DNA from: Eledone cirrhosa
Lineage: Eukaryota
Length of the DNA: 64,000 bases
Direction: 5' to 3'
Assembly (NCBI GenBank): GCA_964016885.1
Contig: OZ024746.1
Coordinates: 91,326,001 to 91,390,000 of the forward strand
The notes beneath the pieces were generated by a model, which was not told where the DNA came from, searched no databases, and worked only from the letters and a program-made list of their open reading frames with translations. Shown here one piece after another: positions 1-13,121 of the stretch. Every line of letters begins with the position of its first letter. Within the stretch, counting starts at the first letter, position 1. The translations under genes were made by a program, and so were the position numbers.

Positions 1-181
1 GTCATGTCATCTGCACAACCACTTTACAGTGTGGACTGGGTGCTTTTTGTCATGTCACCTGCACAACCACTTTACAGTGTGGACTGGGTGCTTTTTGTCA
101 TGTCATCTGCACAACCACTTTACAGTGTGGACTAGGTGCTTTTTGTCATGTCACCTGCACAACCACTTTACAGTGTGGACT
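1..181. repeat. 48-bp minisatellite (~3.8 copies) derived from the SINE/RTE tail segment CCACTTTACAGTGTGGACTGGGTGCTTTTT
   Basis: Unit GTCATGTCA(T/C)CTGCACAACCACTTTACAGTGTGGACTGGGTGCTTTTT recurs every 48 nt; the same core occurs in SINE tails (e.g. ~8203-8232, ~17339-17369). Confidence 0.85.
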
Positions 182-532
182 GTCCCATCTCCACTGGAAA
201 TCACTACAGTTTCGATGAATTAGGGTTGGTATTGTTCATTCCATTGCACATTGAGACATATCATCATCATCTTCGTTTAACATCCATCTTCCACGCTAGC
301 AATATATATATATATATAGGCCCCAGCATGGCCTCAGCCAGATGGCTGAAACAGGTAAAAGAGTAAAAGAGTAATATATAAATTCCAAGTCTTCCCACTT
401 TATCTTTGTGCTGACAATACAACAGACCAAATACAAATAAATAAGGAAAATATGTTTATTCAAAAATATAGACCAGCATTAAATATAGTTTAATATACAT
501 TAATATGTCAACACCATAACATGCTAACCATC

Positions 533-670
<138 letters not shown>

Positions 671-707
671 GCTCTTCTACCAGAGTTAAATAGACTTTAA
701 CATACAT

Positions 708-895
708 GGTGGTTTGGTAGTATCGGTAGAGGGTCGGACGCCATGCTTTCCAGCATAGAGTTGCGTCCCTTTATGATCTGAGTTCAAATCCCACCGAGGT
801 TAACTTTGCCTTTCATCCTTATGGGGTCGATAAAATAAAGTACCAGTAATGTACTGGGTATTTGCTGGCCTTGTGCCAAAAGTAGAAACAATTAT
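708..895 (+). mobile_element. tRNA-derived SINE, family A (~185 bp)
   Basis: A-box-like TGGTAGTATCGG, B-box-like GAGTTCAAATCC, body GAGGTTAACTTTGCCTTTCATCC...GATAAAATAAAGTACCAG, tail GGCCTTGTGCCAAAAGTAGAAACAATT; more than 15 full or partial copies in the window. Confidence 0.85.
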
Positions 896-1329
896 TTTAA
901 CACCTTAACATGCTAACCATACCCCCCCCCCCCACACATATAACAACCATACACACACACACACACATAACTCCCTTCTCCATTTCTACTAATGGAATCA
1001 TTTTCCTACACACACACACACACATCCGCACACCAATAAAAATATATATCTCTATTTTCTACCCTGTCGCCACCACCACCACTGCTATCCATACAAACAT
1101 TCAATTTATTTCAATAGAAAGTCTGAATTTTGACACCTCAGCACATCAGCTATACTCACTGAACCAGAACAATTCTCCCCATCCCTTTTTCTTGACCATT
1201 ATCTTTTGTTTGGCAAAGAGTTCAAATCCCTCCGAGGTTAACTTTGCCTTTCATCCTTACAGGGTCGAAAGTACCAGTAATACACTGCGTAATTGCTGGC
1301 CTTGTGCCAAAAGTAGAAACAATTATCTT

Positions 1330-1790
1330 TTATTTGGCACAAAACTCTCTATGACAAATCATGTGACTGTGAAAACGGCTACAATGAACCTCCAAATATG
1401 AACTGGCACGAAATGTAATGTACTTATTCACATGACAGTCATAACGAATTTAATTACATTCATAAAAAAACAACATTTTGAGCCACTTTTTTAAGTGAAA
1501 ATGGCAATAAAGAACCCTTAAACGCGAACTGGTGCAAAGGTTGATGCGCTTATTCACGTGACAGTCATCAACCAATCAAATTTCACTTATATATGCAAAA
1601 AAATTTGAGCCACTTTTTTAAAGGCAAATATAATAATAACTTTGTTATGCGAACTTGTGTGAAATATAATGTTATACTTATTCTCGTGACGATCAGCAAC
1701 CAGCCAAATTACTTTTCTAAAAAACATAGCATTTCGAGCCACTTTTTTCCACATAAAACAGAAGTAACATTCGAACATCAACCAGATGCA
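1330..1790. repeat. Old diverged tandem repeat, ~125-130-bp unit, ~3-4 copies
   Basis: GAGCCACTTTTTT at ~1480, ~1606, ~1736 and CTTATTC(A/T)C(A/G)TGAC recur at similar spacing. Confidence 0.6.
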
Positions 1791-1961
1791 AGAAAAATCA
1801 CAAACTCTCCATCTCAATTCTAATTTTCCGGTAAAGGAAACAAATAAATATTCTTAAAAAGACTCCAGTTGTATTTTCGATTTCTTTTCCTTATACTTTC
1901 ACTGGTGTAGGACATCTGGTTTTTTTGGTTTTTTTTTCATTTAAAATAAAACCTCATTTTC

Positions 1962-2169
1962 TTATATATATATATATAATATATATATAATGTATATATA
2001 TAATATATATATATAATATATATATATAATATATATATATATAATATATATATATATAATATATATATATATAATATATATATATATATATAATATATAT
2101 ATATATATATAATATATATAATATATATAATATATATATATATATATATAATATATATATATATATAAT

Positions 2170-2200
<31 letters not shown>
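1962..2200. repeat. (TA)n microsatellite
   Basis: Interrupted TA run. Confidence 0.95.
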
Positions 2201-2375
2201 CCCCACACACACTTATATTACAATAGGTTCTTCCACAGTTTTTGGCAACGAAATCCACACACAGCATTGGTCAACCTAAGACTATTGAGGAAGATACTTA
2301 CTCAACATATTGGGTAAAACACGAAACCATGTGGTTATGAAGCAAAATTCTTAACCACACAGCCACACCTGTACC

Positions 2376-2423
<48 letters not shown>

Positions 2424-2427
<4 letters not shown>

Positions 2428-2632
2428 AAATGCAAAGTAGTTGTAGATGTTAAAGTACTTTATTGTTAAGGCGCTGTGATACATATTTCAATGATGACAG
2501 CAGCCACGTGATTTCCTGGAGCCAGTGCCATGATCTCATCAGCCAGCTTCATTATATACATATATCATTGAAATATGTATCACAGCGCCTTATCAATAAA
2601 GAACTTTAACATCTACAACTACTTTGCATTTT

Positions 2633-2635
<3 letters not shown>
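2424..2635. repeat. 72-bp inverted repeat (2424-2495 / 2564-2635), Penelope-like inverted partial pLTR
   Basis: Arms match at 70/72 positions; flanked by (GA)n on the left and (TC)n on the right; overlaps a hammerhead motif. Confidence 0.85.
2473..2547 (-). ncRNA. Type I hammerhead ribozyme motif (HHR-A1)
   Basis: Minus strand: gcugg CUGAUGA gau-c-auggca...ugucau-c-auu GAAA u-augu-a UC acagc; AUC cleavage triplet; the stem I pair next to the core is a G.A mismatch. Confidence 0.7.
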
Positions 2636-2663
<28 letters not shown>

Positions 2664-2864
2664 CATCATCATCATCATTTTACATCCGCTTTCATTGCCC
2701 ATCTACTTAATCTTTCTATTTCTTCTTTATTTTCTCATTTTATTTTCTGATGAAGGATTAGCACCCAAAATGTAAAGACTCTTTCCCTACTATATCAAGT
2801 GTAAAACTAATATATTTCTTCATTGTACTGTGTTGTTTAGTTTGTTGTTTCCGTTAGCCTTTTG

Positions 2865-3000
<136 letters not shown>

Positions 3001-3449
3001 TGGCATTCTTGGGGAAACAAAGCTTAATCCTGTTGGCGCTGCGGGCGAGTGAATGCGGCGATAATCTGCCCTTAATACATAATACAGAATCAAGGGAAAC
3101 AATTCATAAAAAACATTCAGACTCCAGAAGGTTAAGTACCTACATATGTCATTCAGCCTCCAGAAGGTTAAGTACCTACATATGTCATTGTTGTAAGTGT
3201 TTATATATATATATATGCATGCAAGTATGGAAAATAGATATTAAAATATGATCACACAAACATGTGAAGTTGGTAACTGGTTATTTTATCTCCTCTGTCT
3301 CCTCCTCTCTAAGTTGTATAATGTCAGCTGTCACACAAGCTGACAGGACAGCAATGATGTGTGAAACTCCTTACCTCTTCTTTACACATTCTTTTTACTT
3401 TAATACTTAAGACATTGGATTTTCTTGATGTTTGATTCTCTTTTAGGAT

Positions 3450-3708
3450 TCATCATCACCACCACCACCAACTGCACCACCACCATCACATCATCACCAC
3501 CAGCACCATCTTCACCACCACCGTCACCATCACCATCACGTCACCACCACCATCATCATCATCATCACCACCACCACCACCACCATCTTCACCGTCACCA
3601 CCACCACATCACAACCATCCCACCACCACCACCACCATCTTCACCACTACGACCACCATCACCACCATCACCACTGTCACCACCACCACCATCATATAAC
3701 CACCACCA
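3450..3708. repeat. (CAC/CAT)n trinucleotide low-complexity tract
   Basis: Mixed CAC/CAT repeats. Confidence 0.9.
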
Positions 3709-4011
3709 TGTAATTCTTTACACATAAATACATGAAAGGCCATTTCAGTGAGAAGGGGGCTGCCAAAGAGAGAGAGAGAAAGGGGTTGCCAGAGAGAGTG
3801 AAGGGGGTTGCCAGAGAGAGAGAAGGGGACTGCCAGAGAGAGAGAGATTTCTGTAATTTCCTCCAATATCAAAAAGATTCATGACACTCCTATAATTACA
3901 TATTGGTATGAGACAGACAGACATACAGACATACAGCTAGTTTCATTCTTGTATTTCATTGCAATATATATTTTATCTTTTCAACCCTATATAGATTTCC
4001 TTAAATCAATG

Positions 4012-5230
4012 CCTCTATATATGTTTATATATAGCTATATATGTTTATATGTAGCTATATATGTTTATATGTAGCTATATATGTTTATATAGCTATATAT
4101 ATGTTTATAAATAGCTATATATGTTTATATATAGCTATATATGTTTATATATAGCTATATATGTTTATATATAGCTATATATGTTTATATATAGCTATAT
4201 ATGTTTATATATAGCTATATATGTTTATATATAGCTATATATGTTTATATATAGCTATATATGTTTATATATAGCTATATATGTTTATATATAGCTATAT
4301 ATATGTTTATATATAGCTATATATGTTTATATATAGCTATATATGTTTATATATAGCTATATATGTTTATATATAGCTATATATGTTTATTTATAGCTAT
4401 ATATATGTTTATATATAGCTATATATATGTTTATATATAGCTATATATATGTTTATATATAGCTATATATATGTTTATATATAGCTATATATATGTTTAT
4501 ATATAGCTATATATATGTTTATATATAGCTATATATATGTTTATATATAGCTATATATGTTTATATATAGCTATATATATGTTTATATATAGCTATATAT
4601 GTTTATATATAGCTATATATATGTTTATATATAGCTATATATATGTTTATATATAGCTATATATATGTTTATATATAGCTATATATATGTTTATATATAG
4701 CTATATATATGTTTATATATAGCTATATATATGTTTATATATAGCTATATATATGTTTATATATAGCTATATATATGTTTATATATAGCTATATATATGT
4801 TTATATATAGCTATATATATGTTTATATATAGCTATATATATGTTTATATATAGCTATATATATGTTTATATATAGCTATATATATGTTTATATATAGCT
4901 ATATATATGTTTATATATAGCTATATATATGTTTATATATAGCTATATATATGTTTATATATAGCTATATATATATGTTTATATATAGCTATATATATAT
5001 GTTTATATATAGCTATATATATGTTTATATATAGCTATATATGTTTATATATAGCTATATATGTTTATATATAGCTATATATGTTTATATATAGCTATAT
5101 ATGTTTATATATAGCTATATATAAATATATTTATCTACATATGTTTATATATAGCTATATATGTTTATATATAGCTATATATAAATATATTTATCTACAT
5201 ATGTTTATATATAGCTATATATAAATATAT
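4012..5230. repeat. 18-22-bp minisatellite (ATATAGCTATATATGTTT)n
   Basis: Roughly 60 units, most containing the palindrome ATATATAGCTATATAT. Confidence 0.95.
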
Positions 5231-5427
5231 TTAACTGTATATTTTTATAGATAGCCATATTTTTTCATCTATCCATTTAGGTATATATTTTTTTCAAAAA
5301 GTTATTTCATCATTGCCGTTTTTTTCTTCTATAATTAATATCTATAATATCTACATATATATACCATATGTATATATATACCATATGTATATATATATAT
5401 ATGTATATGTATATATGTATATATATG

Positions 5428-5466
<39 letters not shown>

Positions 5467-5841
5467 GTATACATATATATATATATATGTATATATATAT
5501 GTGTGTGTCTGTGTGTGCACTATGTACGTATATGTGTGTGTCTGTGTGTGCACTATGTATGTCTATGTGTGCACTGTGTGTCTGTGTGTGCACTATGTAT
5601 GTATATGTGTGTCTGTGTGTGCACTATGTATGTATATGTGTGTGTCTGTGTGTGCACTATGTATATGTGTGTGTCTGTGTGTGCACTATGTATATGTGTG
5701 TGTCTGTGTGTGCACTATGTATATGTGTGTGTCTGTGAGAGAAATAGAATATATTGAAGTGTAAGTTCCCCTTGAAAGAGGTAAATCTATGAGGAGCTGA
5801 TATTAATACCTTGTCACAACTAATTCACTTTATTCCACATT

Positions 5842-6008
5842 GAGGGTCGGACACCATGCTTTGATGCATAGAGTTACAGCCCTTGCCATTCTGAGTTCAA
5901 ATCCTGCCGAGGTTAACTTTGCCTTTCATCCTTACGGGGTTGATAAAATAAAGTACCAGTAATACACTGGATAATTGCTGGCCTTGTGCCAAAAAGTAGA
6001 AACAATTA
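5842..6008 (+). mobile_element. SINE family A copy (5' truncated)
   Basis: Same body and tail as 708-895. Confidence 0.8.
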
Positions 6009-6036
6009 TATTGCTTATATCATGTATAAGAAATAT

Positions 6037-6405
6037 ATCATCATCATCATCACCGTTTTACGTCCGTTCTTCCATGCTAGCATGGGTTAGACGAGTTGTC
6101 CTGTTGTAGGCAGTGTCCGGTTGGCTGACCTTGTCTTGCTCATACGGAAACTGATTCTGGCTTGATTTCTACAGCTGGATGCCCTTCCTAACACCAACCT
6201 CATTTACAGTGAGTGCTGGGTGCTTTTTTGCCATGGCACCTCCACGACCACTTTGCAGTGGAATGATAGGGACCCCAGTCCCTATCATCTCATTTCTACA
6301 ACTGAGTAAACTGGAGCAATGTGAAATAAAGTGTCTTGCTGAGAATTGAACTCACAACCTTTCGATTGCAAGGCCAATGTTCTAACCACTAAGCCATGTG
6401 CCTCC
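6037..6405 (-). mobile_element. tRNA-derived SINE family B with RTE-type 3' tail and (GAT)n end
   Basis: Reverse complement of the 42349-42727 copy, with an internal deletion. Confidence 0.85.
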
Positions 6406-6479
6406 ATATATATATCTCCCTTCTAAACCCATGCTAGCATGGAAGATAGACGTTAAACGATGATGATGATGATGAATAG

Positions 6480-6700
6480 ATAGATAGATATGTTTCTTTA
6501 TTAGCCACAGGGGCACAAAAGAAGGGGACAAATATAAAGGGGGAAGTTTACATACAATAAAAACGTGTAAAATATTATCACAAATGTAATTTAAAAATTA
6601 GTCAATTTTCCTCAATAGGGGGAGACATTTCATATGGGTCACACATACCGCCGAAAAAAAATGTGCAACCCTCATCTCCAGGAGTACGAAGAGTTTGTAC
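6480..6700 (-). mobile_element. Probable non-LTR element 3' end with AATAAA and (TATC)n tail
   Basis: TTTCTTTATT(A/G)GCCACA next to a simple-repeat tail; the same start recurs at ~55522. Confidence 0.4.
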
Positions 6701-6726
6701 ATAGATAGATATTTGATATAAAGCAA

Positions 6727-6975
6727 GTGTGCATGGACGACGTAGTATAAATGAGTGGAGAGAAAAACTTGGCACGAAAGGAATTAGTTGTAGTGTACCA
6801 ACTGTGTTGGTATGGACATGTGGTATGTTGGGAAGATGGCAAGATCTTAGTGGATGGAACTCATGGAAGAAGCAAACCTGGAGAAGACATGGGATGATGT
6901 AGTGAGGGCTGACTTTAAACCAAATTTCACCTCAGAGATAGATGAGAACAGACCACAAGGGTCATGTGCTACCAA
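6727..6975 (+). mobile_element. Degenerate RTE-clade LINE ORF2 C-terminal fragment
   Basis: Broken translation R-R-S-I-N-E-W-R-E-K-L..W-Y-G-H-V..K-T-W-D-D-V-V-R-A-D resembles the minus-strand RTE copies nearby. Confidence 0.7.
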
Positions 6976-7985
6976 GTTGACCTGCTCTGAGACATTTCCG
7001 TATGACCCCCTCTTCTCACTATCACAGCAGGCCTCACCCATTCATAATAAAGTATAAGGCTTGTGTGAGATAGAGAATTTGTTGGTAGAAAAACTGCTTC
7101 AAAAGGGAGACATGTTTCATGTAGCCCATGCCAACATAGACATGGGGTGGAGGGCTTAAAAAGACAATGGTATTTGAGGTATTGGTTTGACTGTGTAGGA
7201 GACTTTATCAAGGGTTGTTGTGTGTATGAGAGAGAGAGAGAGAGATTTGTGTGAATGTGCCAGCAGTTGAATTTGAGTATTTTTCTAGAGTATTTCTCTA
7301 GAAGTTCGTTTAGATCTGTTAGTGGGCACATGGATAAAACACAAATACACACACACAAGAAATACAGCAAGCATTCTGAAGAATAACACACACACATACA
7401 CATATACACACACACACACACCCATACACACACACACACACAGACACACACATACACACACATACACACATACACAGACACCCACTCACACAGACACACA
7501 CAACACAACAAAACACACACACACAGATACACAAGAAATACAGGCAACCTTTCTGAAGAATTCCGTAGAAACAATTATTTGTAAGGGATTGTTTGTTAGT
7601 TTTGTTTTTATCGGCTTCTCGTTTCCCTGAAGGAAATCATTCTTTGAAGAAAGTAACAGTAAATAAAAGTACAAGGAGAATCTCAAAGACATTTCCCACA
7701 TTACAGCTATCACAAGCATGGAGCCATTTTGTTAGTTCAAATAGAAATATTTCAACACTATTCTCAGATTATTTGCTTCCAAAAATCCAGCCTTTGTTTT
7801 GTCCATTTGCTTTATTCTTCAGATTTGGGATTTATACGTAGTGTTGTGTGTGTATGTGTTGTGTGTGTGTTGTGTGTGTATTTTGTTGTGTGTTGTGTGT
7901 GTATTTTGTTGTGTGTTGTGTTGTGTGTGTATTGTGTTTTGTTGTGTTTGTGTGTTGTGTTGTATATGTGTGTGTTGTGTTGTAT

Positions 7986-8260
7986 ATCATCATCATCATC
8001 ATCATCATCACCGTTTTACGTCCGTTCTTCCACGCTAGCATGGGTTAGACGGGTTGTCCTGTTGTGGGCAGTGTCTGGTCGGCTGACCATGCCTTGCTCA
8101 TACAGGAACTGATCTGGCTTGATTTCTACAGCTGGATGCCCTTCCTAACACCAACCTCATTTACAGTGAGTGCTGGGTGCTTTTTCGTGGCGCCTACACG
8201 TCCACTTTACAGTGTGGGCTGGGTGCTTTTTTGCCGTGGCACCTCCACGACCACCTTGCG
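7986..8260 (-). mobile_element. SINE family B 3' portion
   Basis: (CAT)n tail, CCGTTTTACGTCCG, GATTTCTACAGCTGGATGCCCTTCCTAAC. Confidence 0.8.
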
Positions 8261-8291
8261 GTGGGGGGGGGGGGCATATTGTTTATATGCT

Positions 8292-8992
8292 TCAGCATGT
8301 ACCCATGGGAGGTCGGGTACCCTGTATTACTGCGTGACGCCAGAAGTCACGGCCGTGTGTCATTGACTTTGAGAGGTGTAGTTGGGTAAGGTCGGCTTTT
8401 ATCACCTCATCCCAAGTCATCTTGGGTCTCCCCACTCCGCGGTTTCCATCAACTTCTAGTGCTCTGCACCTTTTTATGCAGCTGTCATCCTTCATACGCA
8501 TCACATGTCCATACCAGCGTAACCGCCTCTCCTGCACGCAGCATTTGATTCCTCTTATGCTCAGTCTCTCTCTCAATTCATTTATGCTTTGTCGTTCACG
8601 TATATTACTGTTACACATCCATCGGAGCATGCAGGCTTCGTTTCTCTCTAATCTACGTAAGTCTTCCACCTTCAGCGCCCAGGTCTCACTACCATGCAAC
8701 ATCGCTGTTCGGATACACGCATCATACAGTCTGCCTTTCATTCTGAGGGAGAAGCCTTTTGCAGCTAGCAGTGGTAGTAGTTCCCTAAACTTCTTCCATC
8801 CCGTTCTTACCCTAGTTATTGTACTTTCTGAGCACCCACCTCCGTTGCTAATTCGGTCACCTAGGTAGCAGAAGCTGTCTACTGTTTCTACAGGGCCCTC
8901 CCAGAGATTGGTGGTACTTGTTTCCTGTGGCTGTTTGCTTGCTGTTTCAGCACAGCTGCTGCATGTGAATCCTACATTCTTAATTAAGCTTC
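8292..8992 (-). mobile_element. RTE-clade LINE, 5'-truncated (RT thumb and C-terminal region)
   Basis: ORF 8292-9074 gives VDSFCYLGD...KGRLYDAC..MLHGSETW...RRLRWYGHVMRM...GRPKMTW; the ORF start is only microsatellite read-through. Confidence 0.92.
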
Positions 8993-9211
8993 CTATATAT
9001 ATATATACATTATATATATATATATCTTTATATGTATGTATATATATGTATATATATATATGTGTACTATACATAGAGCACTCTTCTTTCTTTTAACATT
9101 TTTAGGGAAATACTTAACAAATATATATATGTGTGTGTGTGTGTGTATATATATATGTGTGTGTGCATATGTATATATATATGTGTGTGTGTGTGTGTAT
9201 GTATATATGTT

Positions 9212-9244
<33 letters not shown>

Positions 9245-9257
9245 ATGTATATATGTT

Positions 9258-9289
<32 letters not shown>

Positions 9290-9309
9290 CATATATATAT
9301 ATGTGCATA

Positions 9310-9804
9310 TCATCATCATCATTTTACTTCCACTTTTCCCTGCTTCCAAGGGTGGGACGGGTCTTATTCAGCACAGCATCTCTCCACTTGTCACGGTAAT
9401 TTGCGATCTCCACCATGAGTTTCAGCGATCTGAGGTCTGTTCTCACCACCTCCGCCCATGTTTTTTGTGGTCTACCTCTACCACGTCTTCCTTCAACTGG
9501 CATTTCCTGGCACTTCTTCACCCATCGGTCATCCTCCATGCGCATCACATGTCCATACCACCACAGTCTCCTCTCTCGCACACTACATTCTATCCCTCTC
9601 AGACACAGTTTCTCTCTCAACACATCCATGCTGGGTCGTTCACACACATTGACATTGCACATCCAATGGAGCATGCTTATCTCATTTCTCTCCAACCGTC
9701 GCATATCCTCTGCAGTTGCTGCCCAAGTCTCACTACCATGCAACATCCCGCTCCTCACACAGGCATCATATAATCGGCCTTTCGTACGCAGGGAGAAACC
9801 CTTC
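9310..9804 (-). mobile_element. RTE-clade LINE 3' fragment with (GAT)n tail
   Basis: MLHGSETW...RRLWWYGHVMRM...GRGRPQKTW; ends in a CCCACCCTTGGAAGCAGGGAAAAG tail. Confidence 0.92.
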
Positions 9805-9954
9805 TAAAATATAAATTTGCAATACGAACTCATGTATACTCGTATCAGTGTTTATCCCTATCATATATTCATTTGTATTACACGGCTCAGAAATATTCCT
9901 TTCTTTGAGCTAATTAATTGTAAAAGACTATTTGAGTTTATAACTCTATATATA

Positions 9955-10021
<67 letters not shown>

Positions 10022-10062
10022 CATATATATATATGCGTGTATATATATATACATATACCTAC

Positions 10063-10480
10063 ACACGTTTCTGGCGGGGATCATTTAAGAAAAATCTTCG
10101 TCCAAGTGAGTTTGTTTCCTGATGATTTCGAAGCTCGTGAATTTATCCTTGATCGGATATTTCCAAAAGCGAATGAAACTCCATGGGGTAGAAACGTAAT
10201 TTTGGTATGTTTATATACATTTTTTCTTCTAACTTTGATTTTATACCTAATTATGTATGGTTGATGATATATTTAATCGATTCCCATGTGCTATTGAAAA
10301 TGCTGGGTAAAAATTCTATGGTTGTTGATCGCGAATAGATAGCTGTCGTTTATTTATCTATTATTTCTTCATAGGTGTCTTTTAATCTTATAGCCTGGTT
10401 TAATTGGTTTTTGTGCGGTTGATTATGCTGATTGGGAGAAGAAATGGTGTATATATTTTATCAAATGATTCTATGGACAT
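10063..10480 (-). pseudogene. Possible highly degraded Penelope-like RT fragment
   Basis: Frame-broken minus translation includes [28 protein letters not shown], reminiscent of the PLE RT D-x-x-x-F-Y-P-S motif; lies between (TA)n tracts. Confidence 0.3.
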
Positions 10481-10527
10481 ACTTTATTGTATATATATTT
10501 ATAGGTATATATATATGTGTGTACTAT

Positions 10528-10602
<75 letters not shown>

Positions 10603-10631
10603 TGAAGGCGCATATATATATATATATGCGT

Positions 10632-10760
10632 GAAGGCGCATTGCATTGGGCTTGCAATCGAAAAGTTGTGAGCTCAATTCTCAGACCGGGTGATGTGTTG
10701 TTTCCTTGAGCAAGACACTTTATTTCACGTTGCTCTACTTTACTCAGCTGTAGAACTGAG
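10632..10760 (+). mobile_element. SINE family B 5' part
   Basis: GGGCTTGCAATCGAAAAGTTGTGAGCTCAATTCTCAGACCGG...CCTTGAGCAAGACACTTTATTTCAC. Confidence 0.8.
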
Positions 10761-10960
10761 TACCGGCCTGCCCGCCCAGCCAGTGGAATGGCGTTATTTT
10801 ATGGCTAAAACAGCATGCCGATTGGCGCCTGACTGACTGGTCGGTCAAGCTGATCAAGGTGATATATATATGCATATATATATAAAGACATACATATATA
10901 GCTCTGTATAATACCTTTGTACGGAAATACTTACCCCCCTCCCCCCCAAACACACCTATA

Positions 10961-12165
10961 TCATCATCATTTTACGTCCGCTTTTCCCTTCAATGATCTG
11001 AGGTCTGTTCTCACCACCTCCGCCCATGTTTTTCGTGGTCTACCTCTACCACGTCTTCTTTCAACTGGAATTTCCTGGCACTTCTTCACCCATTCGTCGT
11101 CCTCCATGCGCATCACATGTCCATACCACCTCAGTCTCCTCTCCCGTACACTACGTTCTATCCCTCTCAGACACAGTTTCTCTCTCAACACATTTATGCT
11201 GGGTTGTTCACGCACATTTACACTGCACATCCAACGGAGCATGCTTGCCTCATTTCTCTCCAGCTGTCGCATATCCTCTGCAGTTGCTGCCCATGTCTCA
11301 CTACCATGCAGCATCGCGCTCCTCACACAGGCATCATACAACCGGCCTTTCGTACGCAGGGAGAAACCCTTCTTCGTCAACAGAAGAAGCAGCTCCCTAA
11401 ACTTCTTCCAACCCATCCTTATTCTAGATACTATGGCCTCGGAACACCCTCCTCCCATGCTAATCTGATCTCCTAGGTACCAGAAGCTATCTACCACTTC
11501 TATAGCGCCCTCCTGCACCTGAAAAATGTGTCTATCAATGCGTCTTCTACTGTCTAATTTCCCTGTACATCTACTGCATACATATTTCTCCCTACCTGTT
11601 AGTTTGCCTGCTATCCCGCTACATCTCTTGTGTACCCAGGATCTGCATTGTGTGCATTTTATAGAATTTATGCCAGTTCCTTTTCTGCATATCGAACATG
11701 GCCAATTCCCTGACGGAATCAGAGTTTTGTCCTCTTTTCTACTTATCAACATTTTTTTCTTAGCTAGGTTCACTCTCAGTCCTCTTGCTTCCAACTGCTG
11801 TTTCCATAGCCAGAATTTATTCTCTAGCTCCTCTACTGATTCTGCTATAAGAACCAGATCGTCAGCATAGGGAAGTTCCCATGGATAGCCAGTCTGTTCC
11901 CATGGAAAGCCACTCCTCTCTTATGGCTTGGAGGACTATAATGAACAAGAGCAGGCTGAGGGCCGAACCTTGATGTACTCCTACTTGTATCTGGAATTCC
12001 TCACTAAACTCCATTCCTACCCTGACTTTACTGAGAGTACCTCTGTACAAAGTTTGCACTGTCCTCACAAGCCATTCCTCAACACCTAGCTTCCTTAGGG
12101 ACCACCAGATGACAGATCGGGGTTCCCTATCAAAGGCCTTCTCTAAGTCAACAAAGGCTAAGTAT
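10961..12165 (-). mobile_element. RTE-clade LINE fragment with RT core and PHD-like Cys/His finger (frameshifted)
   Basis: DLEKAFDR (~12150-12127), GVHQGSALS, YADD (~11869-11858), CSIC..CTQC..WVHKRC..CSRC, YLG, RLRWYGHVMRM. Confidence 0.95.
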
Positions 12166-12237
12166 AGTGGCTTATATATATAAAATATTTTGCGTTGTTC
12201 TTACTGAAACCTGTCCTTACACGGTCCCAACACACAA

Positions 12238-12313
12238 TGTATGTACATTTTATTTGCGCTTTCGCCCATATATATATATATATGGGCGAAAGCGCAAATC
12301 AAATATACATACA
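12238..12313. repeat. Palindrome centred on (TA)n, 30-bp arms
   Basis: TGTATGTACATTTTATTTGCGCTTTCGCCC-(AT)n-GGGCGAAAGCGCAAATCAAATATACATACA; 2 mismatches in 30. Confidence 0.85.
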
Positions 12314-13121
12314 CCATATGTGTGTGTATTTTGTTGTGTGTGTATTGTGTTGTGTGTTGTGTTGTATATGTGCGTGTATGTGTGTATATGTGTGTGTTGT
12401 GTTGTGTGTATATGTGTGTGTTGTGTGTGTATGGGTTGTGTGTGTGTGTTGCATGTATATGTGTGTTGTGTTGTGTGTATATGTGTTGTGTGTGTGTGTT
12501 GTATGTGTCGTGTGTGTTGTATTGTGTGTATATTTGTGTGTTGTGTTGTGTGTATATGTGTGTGTTGCATGTATATGTGTGTGTTGCATGTATATGTGTG
12601 TGTTGCGTGTATATGTGTGTTGTGTTGCGTCTATGTGTGTGTTGTGTGTATATGTGTGTGTTGTGTTGCATGTATTTATGTATGTGTTTTAGCTGTCTAT
12701 TAAGCACTACTGTTACAATCATTAATGTAAAGAATTAAAGAAACCATTGAGAGAGGTTATTGAGAAACCAACAGCCAAGTTAAGGTCACCATATTTAATA
12801 CGGTGAGTATTAAAAAGAAAATTAAAAGCTATTGTCAGACAAGAAACTAAGAAATATTAGCCATCTTGGTGAATACTGAAGAAATCTCCTTGGATACTTT
12901 GGTCCGCCTTATCAAACCATAGACATTATTTGGGTTAGTCGAAATAGTACATAATACTATTATACAGGTATAGGTGTGATAATGTATATATTGGTAGATA
13001 ATATATGAAACAGTTGCTGCCGTATGGCTGGATGGTTAAGAAGTATATTAGTATTCACAGTTGTATAAATAACATTACAGATTGCTCAGAATTCTTTCAC
13101 AATGAAAATATAAACACAAAT

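Noticed and set aside
2747-2778. Plus-strand HHR-like CTGATGA-AGG..CCC-AAAA
   Set aside because: GAAA is AAAA and the stems are poor; at best a dead copy.
3002-3080. GC-rich patch with GCATTC/GAATGC pairing, possible HDV-like ribozyme
   Set aside because: Could not place the P3/L3, P1.1 or catalytic C elements.
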